Shown one piece after another: positions 1 to 11,300 of a stretch of DNA of 64,000 bases. The stretch comes from Hormiphora californensis (Eukaryota > Animalia > Ctenophora), in the NCBI GenBank assembly GCA_020137815.1, contig CM035355.1, positions 1,426,001-1,490,000 on the forward strand, written 5' to 3'. Each line of letters begins with the position of its first letter. The stretch's first letter is position 1. Under the pieces are notes generated by a model. The model saw only the letters and a list, made by a program, of their open reading frames with translations. It ran no database searches and was not told where the DNA came from. A program made the translations under genes and the position numbers.

Positions 1-7
1 ATCTAAC

Positions 8-1049
8 CTTTCGCTCATCACACTTTTTCTCCTTGTCGGCATGGTGGTAGATTGTACAGACAGTGCAAATAGAAAGAAAACAAGGAAACTGTATACACTG
101 ATTCAATACACACACCTGATAGTCATAGCACTGCGCTTTCTCTCCAGAGCTCTCTCTCTCCCTAGTTAAAGTAACAAACTCTCACTCCCTCTCTCACTCT
201 CTCTCCCACTAGTTAAAGTAACAAACTCTCTCTCACCTGATAGTCATGGCACTGCGCTTTCTCTCCAGAGCTCTCTCCATGGTAGTCAGAAACACACACA
301 AAAAACACGATCGGATTACAATTCGAGAGAAAGTTCGAAGCCCCTTCTATCAATAAGTGTTATTGTTGGAGGAATGTAGAAGGGTGCCGTATCACGCGGC
401 AAGTGAGTGTGTGAGAGAGAGAGAGGGAGAGAGAGGAAAGAGAGAGAGAGAGAGAGGGAGAGGGAGAGAGATAGAGAGAAAGATAGATCATGTTTATGTT
501 TGTAAGGTCTTTTTGGCTTGTTGCGATACCCCGCATTTCATGTGTGTGTATTGTGGACTGAGCAGGCTGGTAGTAGCACTTCCCTAGCGCTGCTATAACA
601 GCTATACACGCCCATTACTGACACGCCCGACTCTGTTTTGTTCTAACCGGGGCAGGAGAGTGTAGAGTAAGTTAAGCCTGACCTCTGCAGGACATTGTGC
701 AACTCCGGCATGCTCTAAACACAGGAACACATACATACAGCTCTCTTTCCTAAGCTCTTATTGGCTTTGGTATCGGCGGTAATGTACAACACTCACCCAG
801 AACTGCAGCCCGGTACGGATGATACACACACACACACCCACAAACACACACAGCGCGCGCTGGACAGAGTTTGCCACTATTTCAGTGTCATCGCGCCCTA
901 CGTTCATTCTACCTGAGTGTCATAGTAGAAGACCTGCGAGTCAAACCGGAGACAACTTCATCTTCTAACTCATGGATAACTTCATCCTCCTCCTCAGGTG
1001 GATAATATGTGGAGTCACCCGGGGGCGAGGAGATAGCTGCGGCTGCCAT
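8..1049 (-). CDS. Three alternative first coding exons (1049-913, 280-237, 42-8) of an unidentified gene continuing off the left edge
   Basis: Each has an ATG, an open frame and a phase-2 GT donor (AG|GTAGAA, AG|GTGAGA, AG|GTTAGA). The peptides end LTRRSSTMTL-R, LERKRSAMTI-R and PTRRKSVMSE-R. Confidence 0.6.
410..482. repeat. (GA)n-rich microsatellite
   Basis: Directly visible; explains ORF 357..587. Confidence 0.9.
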
Positions 1050-1825
1050 CAACCTAGAAGGGGAGGGAGGGGAGATGAGCGGGGGGGGGGGGGGGTAGGA
1101 GAGAGAGGGAGACGGGAGTGTAGAGTTGAGCAGGGGCCTGGAGAGAGAGGGAGGGAGAGGGATGGAGGAAGATAGAGAGGAGTTGAGCTATAAATGGAGG
1201 GAGGCAGATACATTGGGAAAAGTGGGGGCTTGGAGAGTTGGATAAAATGGGAGAGATCCGAGAGATAGAAATGGTTCAGAGAGATTGAGGGAGTTGACTG
1301 AGCGTGAGGTTAGGAAGGGTTTAGTGGTTAAGCGAAAACAGAAACCACATTGTATTTAATCCATAATCAGCGAATCTTTCTCATTCATCAGAGAGAATAA
1401 TATAATAACACATCCCGTTTTGTTTTAACCATCCAATTTCTTACACATATATTTACATTTTAAAACTTTTAATCGTCTTTCTATTTCCCACGCTCTCTCT
1501 CCATACAATTATTGTGACGTCATTACGTGTGGTGTACATTTGTAGTGCACGATCCTAAAACAGGGTACCAAACAATAGTACCAAACATACATTGTGTACT
1601 AAAATGAGTACTTATATCTTGTACATACACAGTTAAAATGTATCAAACTTCATACAATGATAATATAGTGTTTGATCATGAATCTATCTTTATCATACAT
1701 CACACCTTATCACACACACGCTCAGTGCAGCGGATAGCAGCATTATAATGGTGTAACATGTTTTCTCACACGAACATGCATACAATTAACACACAGAGAG
1801 TCCTAACATTATATTTCCTAACATT

Positions 1826-3536
1826 TCACACCAGTGATTCAAAGTCGTCCAGAGCGTCCCGTGAGGAGGGTTCTAGTGTGGGTGTAAGGGAGAACCCACC
1901 CACTACAATGCACTCAGTTTCTGGTAAGGGCGGGAGGGAGGTGGAGGTGGTTTATAGTGTGATGAACTGCTGTGGTAGGGCGAGGAGGACGAGGAGGAAG
2001 GGACTACTGAGGAAGAAGAAGAATGATGAGGGATGACTTCTCTCCTCCATAATCCTAGCTTTCTTTGATGGTGGAGGACATGATGACGTCATATACTTGT
2101 GATGATGACGTAACGCTACTTCTCTGTGACGTCACAAGTCCGTTTCTAGCACCGACATCCTGGATAGTGCCCGCTAACAGGTTACTGTGAAACTGCTGAT
2201 GGTAGGAGTTTTACAACAGTCTTCTTGAATTCATCGTGTTCACTTTCCAATACCACATCTGCAATATCAACTGCGAGACTGTGGGCAGCGCTGGCAAGTT
2301 CTACTGTGGTGTGTGGGTTGGATGTTTTAGCTATAATTCGTTTTAACGAGCTTCGTAAGCACAGGTGCAACTTTAGTAAACGCCTGGACACATGACTTCA
2401 CGGAGGGCCCCCATAATTCTGTGTAGAGTTGCGTAGGTCAGGGGACATTCAAACACCAAGATGAGATGTCCCGGGGAGGGGCCTTTCCAACTTTTTAAAA
2501 ATCTATCAGACATCTTTTGAAAGTCCGTGTCTGTTGTATAATTGACTGGTAGGGATGCCGGACCGAGTACTGTAAAAGAGTTAGCCATGGCTCTATCAGC
2601 ACACTTTACACTGACTCCATAACACTTCCTAACCGCTAACCTAACCGTCATCTCGTGTCCCTGAATTGTGATGGGCCGGGGTTTGGTGGTCTGTATTCTA
2701 CAAGCATTACAATGCCAGCACTCCTTGATAGTAGACCTGACCTACTGGATGGTTGTTCCACCGGGGAATATCCGCATTAGGACTCTTTAAAAAGGGAGGC
2801 CCGGAGGAGAACTTGAAGTCAATAATCAGGTTTTCACTGCACCCCAAATCCAACCTCATTAGATAGTAAAAGATGGTGTTCCTAATGAGGCTCATAGTGA
2901 CATCACTTCTGAAATCCATTACAATGTGCATGGCAGCACTGTTAATTAACCGCCGTAACACAGGGCTGTTCATGTGTCAGCACTCCCCTGGGCGTCACCC
3001 ACAGGTGGTGGAAGTGGTTGACGTGGGAAGGAGAGGGATCCACTGACGATTAGAGATGGTTTTCTAACTCTATATCCAAGAAAAGGGAGGAGGGTGTGAC
3101 ACTCTGAGAAGAGGTCGTCTAGGTCACTCTTCTTGATGTAGTGGTCCGTGTTAGAGACACTGATAACGAGATCCATCGCATTGTCGTCCGGTGTACCTGG
3201 CGGGGGTGAGGAGTGAGTACTATATATGGGGTACTTGGGGTGAGTGGGCCGTGGGTGAACACAGTTGAAAGTGGTATCAGGTATCTGAGAAGGGATAGAC
3301 TGTCTAGATTTGTGAAGAGGGTGATAAAGAAATTGTGATTTGTTACAGAACTTACTCTCCCGAAATGCAACATTAAGAAAAGTCCTCCGGTTCCCCAAGC
3401 ACCAATCCACGACAATGTAGTTGAACAGTCTGAAGAGAGCCTGACTGAGCTCTGACAAGGGCTTCTGCTCCGGGCATGGTAGATCAAATGGGCCGTTTTT
3501 CAGCCTCTCTTTTGTAAACGTATACTCTGCTGACAT
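1826..3536 (-). pseudogene. TopoVIB-like (TOP6BL/MTOPVIB-type) gene broken by about 7 frameshifts (pseudogene or sequence errors)
   Basis: ORFs 2970..3536, 2707..2973, 2373..2651 and 2182..2391 plus downstream frames join into one protein ending DALDDFESLV*. There is a probable in-frame intron at 3355-3197 (GTAAGT...CCAG). LVISVSNTD resembles the degenerate GHKL strand, and SLAVDIADVVLESEHDEFKKTVVKLL resembles the TopoVIB-like transducer helix (recalled, not searched). Confidence 0.45.
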
Positions 3537-4174
3537 TTTGCTAACTGTACAGGGAAATGTAATGGAATTAGAGAATTGTGAGTTAGGAAAAGAGGGTTGC
3601 TGCTAACGAGCGTTACAAATGAAGGGGATGGAGAGGGGCAAAGAAAAGTAGAGGAGGAGACTATAACAGGAAGAGAGCACTTGGGGTAATGGGGCAACAT
3701 GAACAAGGGTACAATTGGGTATGAAAGAGAGTACCAGATATTAGCACAGAGAGGTTATAAAAATGGGGAAAGATGTAAAACTAAACATGAAACAAATGTG
3801 TAGAAGTGAAAAATTTAACTGTGAATTTGTAATGAGTTCTGAAACTTGATATTACATGGCAGTGATGAATCCGTTCTTATCAGACCACTTTACACTGTCA
3901 CCTTCCTTCACATTCCTCACTGCCATATTAGGACAAAGCCATTACCATATATGGCATCACCAATAATTTCTCTACTGCTGTTGCTGCTAGCAATTACAGC
4001 AGCTCAGTTCCGTGTGTGTGTACTTTCCGGTGCAAACTGTAATGTACAGAAATTAATTCCTTGCAGCACGGCCTGTACTAATACTGCACGCAGCGTGTAC
4101 TAATATCGCACGCAGCGTGTACTAATACTGCACACAGCACACATTACACGGCTCGTACTGCACGTGTACAGACA

Positions 4175-4711
4175 TTACACGGCGGTTTCTCCACAAGGTT
4201 TGTCCAGCAGGCTATCAGTCTCAGACACACAATCAGGAACATCATAATTATTGATAACCGCCGCCTTTGCATCAGCATAAATCTTGTTCTCCGTGTATTC
4301 GTGGGGCTTCAAATTCGAACAATCCTTTCCAATGTACTCAGCCACTTTTGCCAGTGCAATTCTCACATCTTTCAGCCTTGATTCACACTCCTCGTCCTCC
4401 GAGCCACAACACCCTGACATGGTCATATAACAGTCAAGAAGTTCCAACAGTGCATCATACACCTCTTCGTAGAGGTCAAACAGGAGAGGCATTGGGATAG
4501 CTGTTCGAGATCGGAATGTTGAGGAGTGGTCGAGGAGGGTCTGGACAAGGGTCGAGTCAACTGGAGTGGGCTCGTTATCTTTCTCCATCTGGTATTTTGT
4601 TTTGGGTGCGTCCGAGAATGATCCGACAGTTTCGTCAGTTTGTTTCAGCATTCCAGCGTCAATTAGGGATTGTTTGTCGAATGAAGATCCTGCAGCTGGG
4701 TTTTCTGACAT
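4175..4711 (-). CDS. Uncharacterised 178-aa acidic helical protein, intronless
   Basis: Long ORF with protein-like composition; pyrimidine tract plus AG acceptor 20 nt before the ATG. Confidence 0.6.
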   Translation of the reverse strand: MSENPAAGSSFDKQSLIDAGMLKQTDETVGSFSDAPKTKYQMEKDNEPTPVDSTLVQTLLDHSSTFRSRTAIPMPLLFDLYEEVYDALLELLDCYMTMSGCCGSEDEECESRLKDVRIALAKVAEYIGKDCSNLKPHEYTENKIYADAKAAVINNYDVPDCVSETDSLLDKPCGETAV

Positions 4712-4938
4712 GATGTGTGTGGGGTGTAGACCTATTGTGAATAGTATGAGTGAGAGATGGGTGATTGGCGTGGGCAGTTGAGTAGAGGGTGAAAGAGAGA
4801 AGAAAAGGGCATAGATGCAATGAATGTAAACTCGATTTAAAAGCTGTTACAATCTGGTAATAAAAGTTCAATAAATTAGATAAAACCGATTTAAAAGATC
4901 CCTCAGAACAACATTACGTCATATCCCGCTCTCTCTCA

Positions 4939-6777
4939 CTACGTCATTGACCGATTCATGTTTTCAAACCCAGCTCCTAGACAAGAGAGGAGCAGTGAAG
5001 AATTCAACCCTTTCCTAACTCCACTCTCATCTCCATCCTCTGACTCCACTTTAATCTTGAACACCACCCCAAGGAACAACTTCAGGTTCCGAAGGAATGA
5101 TATTGAGAATGGGGTGAGGGGACCACAGCGCAGGGTAGAAACGTTTGATTGGGTTAACGCCATAAACAGTAATACCAGGTATTGATGGGTTGAATCAACA
5201 CAACCACCAGTGTGAATCGTATCTGGGGAGGATTGGGTATGTTTAGATTGTTCACACATGCAGCGACATATGAATCAGCAAATAAATAAGTGGAAATTAA
5301 TAAACGAGGATTCGTAGATGACGGATAAATCTATCAAATCCGTGGTGTGTTTGATAACTGAAATACTAACCAAGTAGTTGGTGGGTGGTTTCCGTAGCAA
5401 GATTTTCAGGTAGTGTCTGAGGTTGTGCTGTGCAATCAGCACAGATAGCTACACCTGTTGTGCTCTCTGTGAATAACGTTAAACTGTGTCCAGATGACCT
5501 GAGAGAGAATGGAGTTAACATTAACCGTGGGAAATTTGGGAATTAGTGATGATTTTTCCTAGTCTCGTTTAGTGGTTTACTTCTTCTCCGTTGTACTTTT
5601 TACTTTTTAATCGATTTGAAAACTGCAGATGTAATGATAATTCCCAGCGATAAAAAAGTTACTCACTTTCCAGAGTTAGCCCCTTTTAGATGTTCATTGT
5701 AGATGTATACATCAGGAATGAACGCATTTAGGATCCCCCTGCAACTATCAATAACACGTGGGTTCGTAGCGGGAGACATCCGACTACAACTTGCAACCCC
5801 TCGTATCTTTTTTATCTAATTGAACGGGTTAGAATGTTAGCATTTACCATGTGTGCTGAAGAAAAGGGACAAAACACGAAAAATATTGAGAAACAGTTCC
5901 TGTTCTGCTAGAACTGAGAACACTACCTTTCCAGGATCAGTCCAGTGTAGAGGTTTGATAATTTTCAGAGTATTACAGGAAAATCTAACTGTCCCACCAC
6001 CCAGGGGCGGGAACCCACGCTTTGAAATCTCTAGTTCTGCACTGTGTAGCCCCAGCTTTTGACAATAACTCATAGTCACTTGTTTCACGGTGTCAACCTA
6101 GGGGAATGGGGTTTTATTATTATAATACGAGTCAGAGAAGAGTCAGAGAAGAGATAGAAAGAACGTATTGCGTCAGTTATGAAATAAGAAATATGTCTTT
6201 GTTCTTACGTTCATGTAATCAAATCCATGAGTTATTCCGTGAAGAGTTATGTTGAACTTCTTTTTAGCAAAAGGTGCCAGACAGAAAAGAACTTCAAGAA
6301 AATAAGACAAGGGTACTGATGTCCCACAGTCAAAGTCTACATCACCTGAAAATGAGGACATAATATTGATATAATGTATATGTAGCATCACGATAGTTTT
6401 CACAAATCTTAATTCGTACTAATTCTGTACAACTATAAACTGTAGTTTTATTTTTTTCAAATCGACACTGCAACAAAATTCAAGACCACTAGTATAGCGG
6501 TGCTGGTATCACTAAGTGATACCAACCGCTCATATCAAATCACTATACCTCCAATAATAAACCCCGGATGAAACACAACCCTTGTTCCAGTTTCGTTAAC
6601 TTTCGTCTTACTACCATTGGTTATCTCATTCAGTAGTTTGAGTAGGGTGATCTCATGTTCCAAAAGACCAGGGTCATCTTCCAGTTTCCTGATTTCCTCG
6701 ATAGTAACCGGTTTACCAGACAACAGGGAGAGGATCAAGACTTGTCGGAATTCAGAGCTTCCTGTAAACTTAAACAT
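4939..6777 (-). CDS. RCL1: RNA 3'-terminal phosphate cyclase-like protein RCL1 (about 6 exons)
   Basis: FTGSSEFRQVLILSLLSGKPVTI; RGFPPLGGG; KIRGVA...IPDVYIY; GGCVDSTHQ; C-terminal CLGAGFENMNR; GT-AG introns. Confidence 0.93.
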
Positions 6778-6863
6778 CGTTCGCTACAGCCTACAAGAAT
6801 TGGATTTTATTATTTGTAGGTGTTCGGAAAAAAGATAAATAAGCTAAGGTGTAGATCGAAATA

Positions 6864-7631
6864 CTAAAACCCAAATAAAATTGTGAAAACCTCGCCAATT
6901 TGTTTATCCTCTAAGAAAGTCCTAAACTGCCCTAAATCTTGGTGGTTATTGGCCCTGCCGTGAACATCAAATATCATCTCTCCAAAATCAGTAAATAATC
7001 TTCCCTCCAATTCCCTCTCATCATGCTGAAGCTTCAGTAGTTGCCAGTTCATAGCCCGAACTCGGACATTAAACTCCCTACAGTTAGCAACACTCCCCTC
7101 GATACAAATAACACCGGGTTTTCCAGGTAGGATAAAGCCAGTTAGATCGAGCTCTCTGGACCATTTCACCATGTTACTTCGCTTTTCTTTGCTGTAAATG
7201 TGATGGGCGTAGTACCACAACCTATTCAGAGTAACTATTAGATCTGGAGTGACTGTCTCTTCGCATGAACCGCTGCTGATTGAGTCAATGAACTCTGTCA
7301 CCGCACTGACTATCATCAAAAGAGATCCCTCTCCTAATGAATCTGTTGAAATGTCCGTTAGTTGTTGTAGAAGTTCAATTTCTTGATTAGTAGATAAACT
7401 TGTCCATTCAAACCGGAGTTCAGCAGCCTCACACTCTGGATAGCCACTCGGGAGCTCTACGCATAGTTTTAAGACAGGAAAACTTAAGTGGAGCCTCAAG
7501 ACAGGGCACTCGCACGGGTTAGATGCTAATTCCACACATTTATCTCGATCTTCAGTGTCGACTTCGGTGAATTCTGGGTAGATACTTTCGAGTAGTTCTA
7601 CTTCATCGAGCTTTTGTTGTGTCGAAGTCAT
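6864..7631 (-). CDS. RWDD2: RWD domain-containing protein 2 (RWD + DUF1115), intronless
   Basis: EVELLESIYP and LPSGYP (RWD domain); RLWYYAHHIYSKEKR, LTGFILPGKPGVICIEG and HQDLGQF (DUF1115). Confidence 0.9.
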   Translation of the reverse strand: MTSTQQKLDEVELLESIYPEFTEVDTEDRDKCVELASNPCECPVLRLHLSFPVLKLCVELPSGYPECEAAELRFEWTSLSTNQEIELLQQLTDISTDSLGEGSLLMIVSAVTEFIDSISSGSCEETVTPDLIVTLNRLWYYAHHIYSKEKRSNMVKWSRELDLTGFILPGKPGVICIEGSVANCREFNVRVRAMNWQLLKLQHDERELEGRLFTDFGEMIFDVHGRANNHQDLGQFRTFLEDKQIGEVFTILFGF

Positions 7632-7699
7632 TTTAGAGCTGCCATTGTTCGTTTTAACGGGTTGTAATTCTTCCCCTAGCTGTTTTGATGGTATGAAAG

Positions 7700-8010
7700 A
7701 ACGAAACTCCGTTAAAAGGATAGAGTAAACGGTCTGGAAAGGCGAAGAAACGAAAATTTAAATTTCGGAAAGTGCGATTTGGATTTTTGCAACGGTCGCG
7801 GTTTTTTTAAACGTAAAATTTCAGTGCGCGCGCGGCTGTACCAGAGATTCTGTTTGCGCGGCCCAATTTTGCATCGCAATAAGAGTTTTGATCGCGGATG
7901 CCGTTTAGAAGTAACATAACTGCGAAATTGTGGGGGGAAACAGTTGAAAACGAACGATATACATGAACTATAAAAGAACCCAACACTATCACAACACTCA
8001 ACAGTTTCCA
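7700..8010 (-). promoter_or_regulatory. CpG/CGCG-rich, A-tract-rich promoter region upstream of RWDD2
   Basis: Local enrichment of CGCG; similar tracts occur upstream of the aminopropyltransferase and ADAR-like genes. Confidence 0.45.
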
Positions 8011-8367
8011 AAACAAAATGTCACAATCTCACAACGATAACCAGACTTCAACTTTCAAGTTCACTAAAAGTAAAGCCCTGACTCAGACTGTAAAAGTGTA
8101 AAAGTGTAAAGTTAACACTGTAAATTACAGTCACCTTGGTCGGCACCTAAAGATATTCTCCTGTCCCCTCCCTTCGGAGGGGAATCCAGGCACCGCCATC
8201 TGCATCACATCAAGAGTGTACTAAAATAGTTCTTTTTTTTCGTGTTTCAAACTTTATCATACTGCTCCAATTTCGTCTCTGAGAGACGGTCTCTCTCCCG
8301 GCACTTCTTCTTGATATTTTTCTTCTTCTTCATCTTCTTCTTCTTCATCTTCTTCTTGGTGTGATCT

Positions 8368-11300
8368 TTATACTGCAACGGCGGGGGCGGGGGTTGGCGG
8401 TGGCGTACATCCACAGCCACCCTTCGGTGGACATCCACAGTTAATCTGGGAGGGAGACATGATTTAGATAACAGTTTATGATTCATTCAAAATGATCTGT
8501 CGCAATGTTTGTGAGTGTCAGAAACAGAAACGAGACCCTCTACTACAGAAGTCAGGGAAAGTCATACTCATAGTCCTACACGAACCTCGTAAACTTGATG
8601 ACCCTTTGCCACTTCCTTGAAGGTATACTGGTCCAGTTGAGCAAGGGTTGGTACCAGACACTTCTTCTCGGTGAAGTGGGACCCATAGGAGGTAGCCATG
8701 TAGCGGTTAGCACCGAAATCAATAGCCGCATCTGGAGGAAGGGATGGTGGTGAAATAACGGTAAGTGAGTTACGCGACGTAGTTCCGACTCAATCTGATA
8801 GCAGGGGAGAATGTGGTACACAAAAGTTCAGAATCATATTACCTCGTTTTTTGCTGGTCCGAGCCTTTCCAGGTATTATTGGGTAGTGGGACTTGTAGCT
8901 GGTACTGTAGGGCTCACCACCATCATCAAACTTGATGTTCGTCCGCTCTCCCTTCTTCCTGGAGGAGGATATAAAATGTTGGAAAAATAGGAACTTCTCT
9001 AGGATTGTGCCCTGTTGAACAAACTGAAATATTGCCAACTCTAATTATGCCTCTTAGATCTATGAAACTCATTTGAAATTTACCCGGAAACTCCCATAAA
9101 CATACTTGTTAGCAGATTTAGATTTAGATGCTCCACCATACGCAGCATGCTTGAACATCAGCAAACTCAGTCGGCGGTAACCATCAGGTCTGAACCCCGT
9201 GACATGGGCATGTCTTCAACCACCAACCCCTGCAGAAATATGAGGGTTTACTTTTAGTGGGAATGAGATGGGCAGTTTAGAGGCAGAGGGGAAGTGGTTT
9301 AGAGGGGAGTGGTTTATGAAGGAGTACAAGAACGGAACTTGGTAAATGAAATCGTTACAGATTTATCATAGCCATGCTCTCCTATGACCCCGCATTCAAC
9401 TGCCACGGCCAGGAGGCCCAGAACCAAGATTTGCAGTCCAATAATAACCGTCTCCCCCGAGGAGGAAAGACAACACGAATATCGTGAGACCATCACCACT
9501 TTTAGTATCAAGTGCTCCAGATTCAACCCCGAAATCATCCAGAAAAGAGCGGAATCCACTAATACGGGAAGTCACCCCGGCATTATACCGGCCTATGACA
9601 GCTAATAAATGGCCATATTCAAGTGAGAATAGAAAGCCTCATGTGTCTAAAGATATCCTGAAAGCTGAAGAGGAAGAAGGTAGAACAATAACAGAGCGAG
9701 ATCATAACACTCAAATACAGTCTGAACTCTCTACTGAGCAACCACCAAAAGGTGACTCATGGGAGTTACCTGGGGTGACTGTTGTCAGGGAATGCCGGGC
9801 ACAACAATATCGGTTTATGTAAAATATGTTTTTTGTTTTGTTTCTGAGATAACTCTTTGTATGATTTACTCAACAACTAAAAACCAGATATGAACCTGAT
9901 GACTATTAATAAGGTTGACTTACATTGGTTTTCCCCATTTCGTAGTTAATCCCCATAATATTGTTATGATCGATCTTGTTGATGAGTGGTCGTCCGTAGT
10001 TGAACTTTACATAGTTAGATCGGTTCAATGTTGCCATATCCAACTCTCCAGTAGCAGGGGCGATCTCTGAAGAAATATGGACGGTTTAGATCTCATAATA
10101 ATATCATGAGATCTAATATTATTAATATCAGTATTTGTCTTATTAACTCTAAAACCCGCTCACCGTCTTTGAACGAGGCCTTGTTTAATCGTTGTATGTC
10201 CTTTTTAGGGAAATCAGCTGCGTAGCTGGTGTCTCCAGCACCACCCATTTTCAGCTGTTTCATCGCATTAGACATATCTGAAGAAGAAGAGAATTTCAAG
10301 TATCATGAAAATGATTTGGGAATAGTTTCTCTTGTAAGACAATGGTTGACTCGACGACTCGTTCCCTGCGTGATCAAAACAGATCATGTTAATCGATGAC
10401 AAAACTAACCGAATTCTTTGCTCGTGTCTGAGATTCCAGCGTAAGCCCGGGCGTGTTCCGTAGCCATGACAGTCGGGGGAGCAGGGAAGTGGGCGAGAGT
10501 CACCGTGTCACCAGTCATCTTATCACTGGGGATCTGAGGGCGATATAATTTGGTTTTTCAACACAACTAAAAACTGAACTTTGGGGAGGCTGAATATCTG
10601 ACTAATGAGTCGTAATCGATAATACGACTACGGACTGGTGGTGTGTCAGTGTGGTCATCTAGTTACCTCAATTTGATCCTTTGGTCGTCTCCTCTCCACT
10701 CCCACCTTTAGGTGACCCTTGAAGTCTGACTGAACAATCGTATTGAGATCCTGATCTCCCTCGAATAGCACCAGTTCGTCCTTAAATGTGGCTGCCTTTT
10801 CCTTGGTACTTTTCTCTCCCTGGGGGTAAGGACGCTAGATATTGGGGGTTAGTGATAACATCTGTCATCTGCAGTACTACCAGTGGTAGATCGATTAAAG
10901 TTTAACAGAACACGTACATTTTAAATTGTGAAGTTTTAGTGGAGCAGTAATATATCTTTCGCTCATTATCCAGTGTGTATGCTTTATAAATTGTAACGTT
11001 GGTAACTACAAACACACTGTATATAATACTGGATATACGTCAGTGAATATGTGTCTCCCATCATGCACGACAGGGGACTGTTATTAATCTAACACAGCGT
11101 GGATTGCACGTGAACACTTAGAGTGTGGGGCGACTGAAGTGTTGAACAGTTAAATGTGAACTGATGGTATGATAATCAGATACTGCTCGAATCGTGATAA
11201 ACTGGCAACACGTGTATCAGTAACATAGCAGCATGCTTGAGGTACTGTAATGAATAACGAAAGTATAATCTTTATGAAATTAGATTTATAACTGTAGTGC

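Noticed and set aside
2182-3536. Viral or prokaryotic operon suggested by the ATGA overlap at 2970-2973
   Set aside because: Frames are open across the junctions and read better as one frameshifted eukaryotic gene with an intron.
8247-8486. Lys-rich ORF
   Set aside because: Arises from a CTT-rich repeat; another frame gives the probable SAXO last exon.
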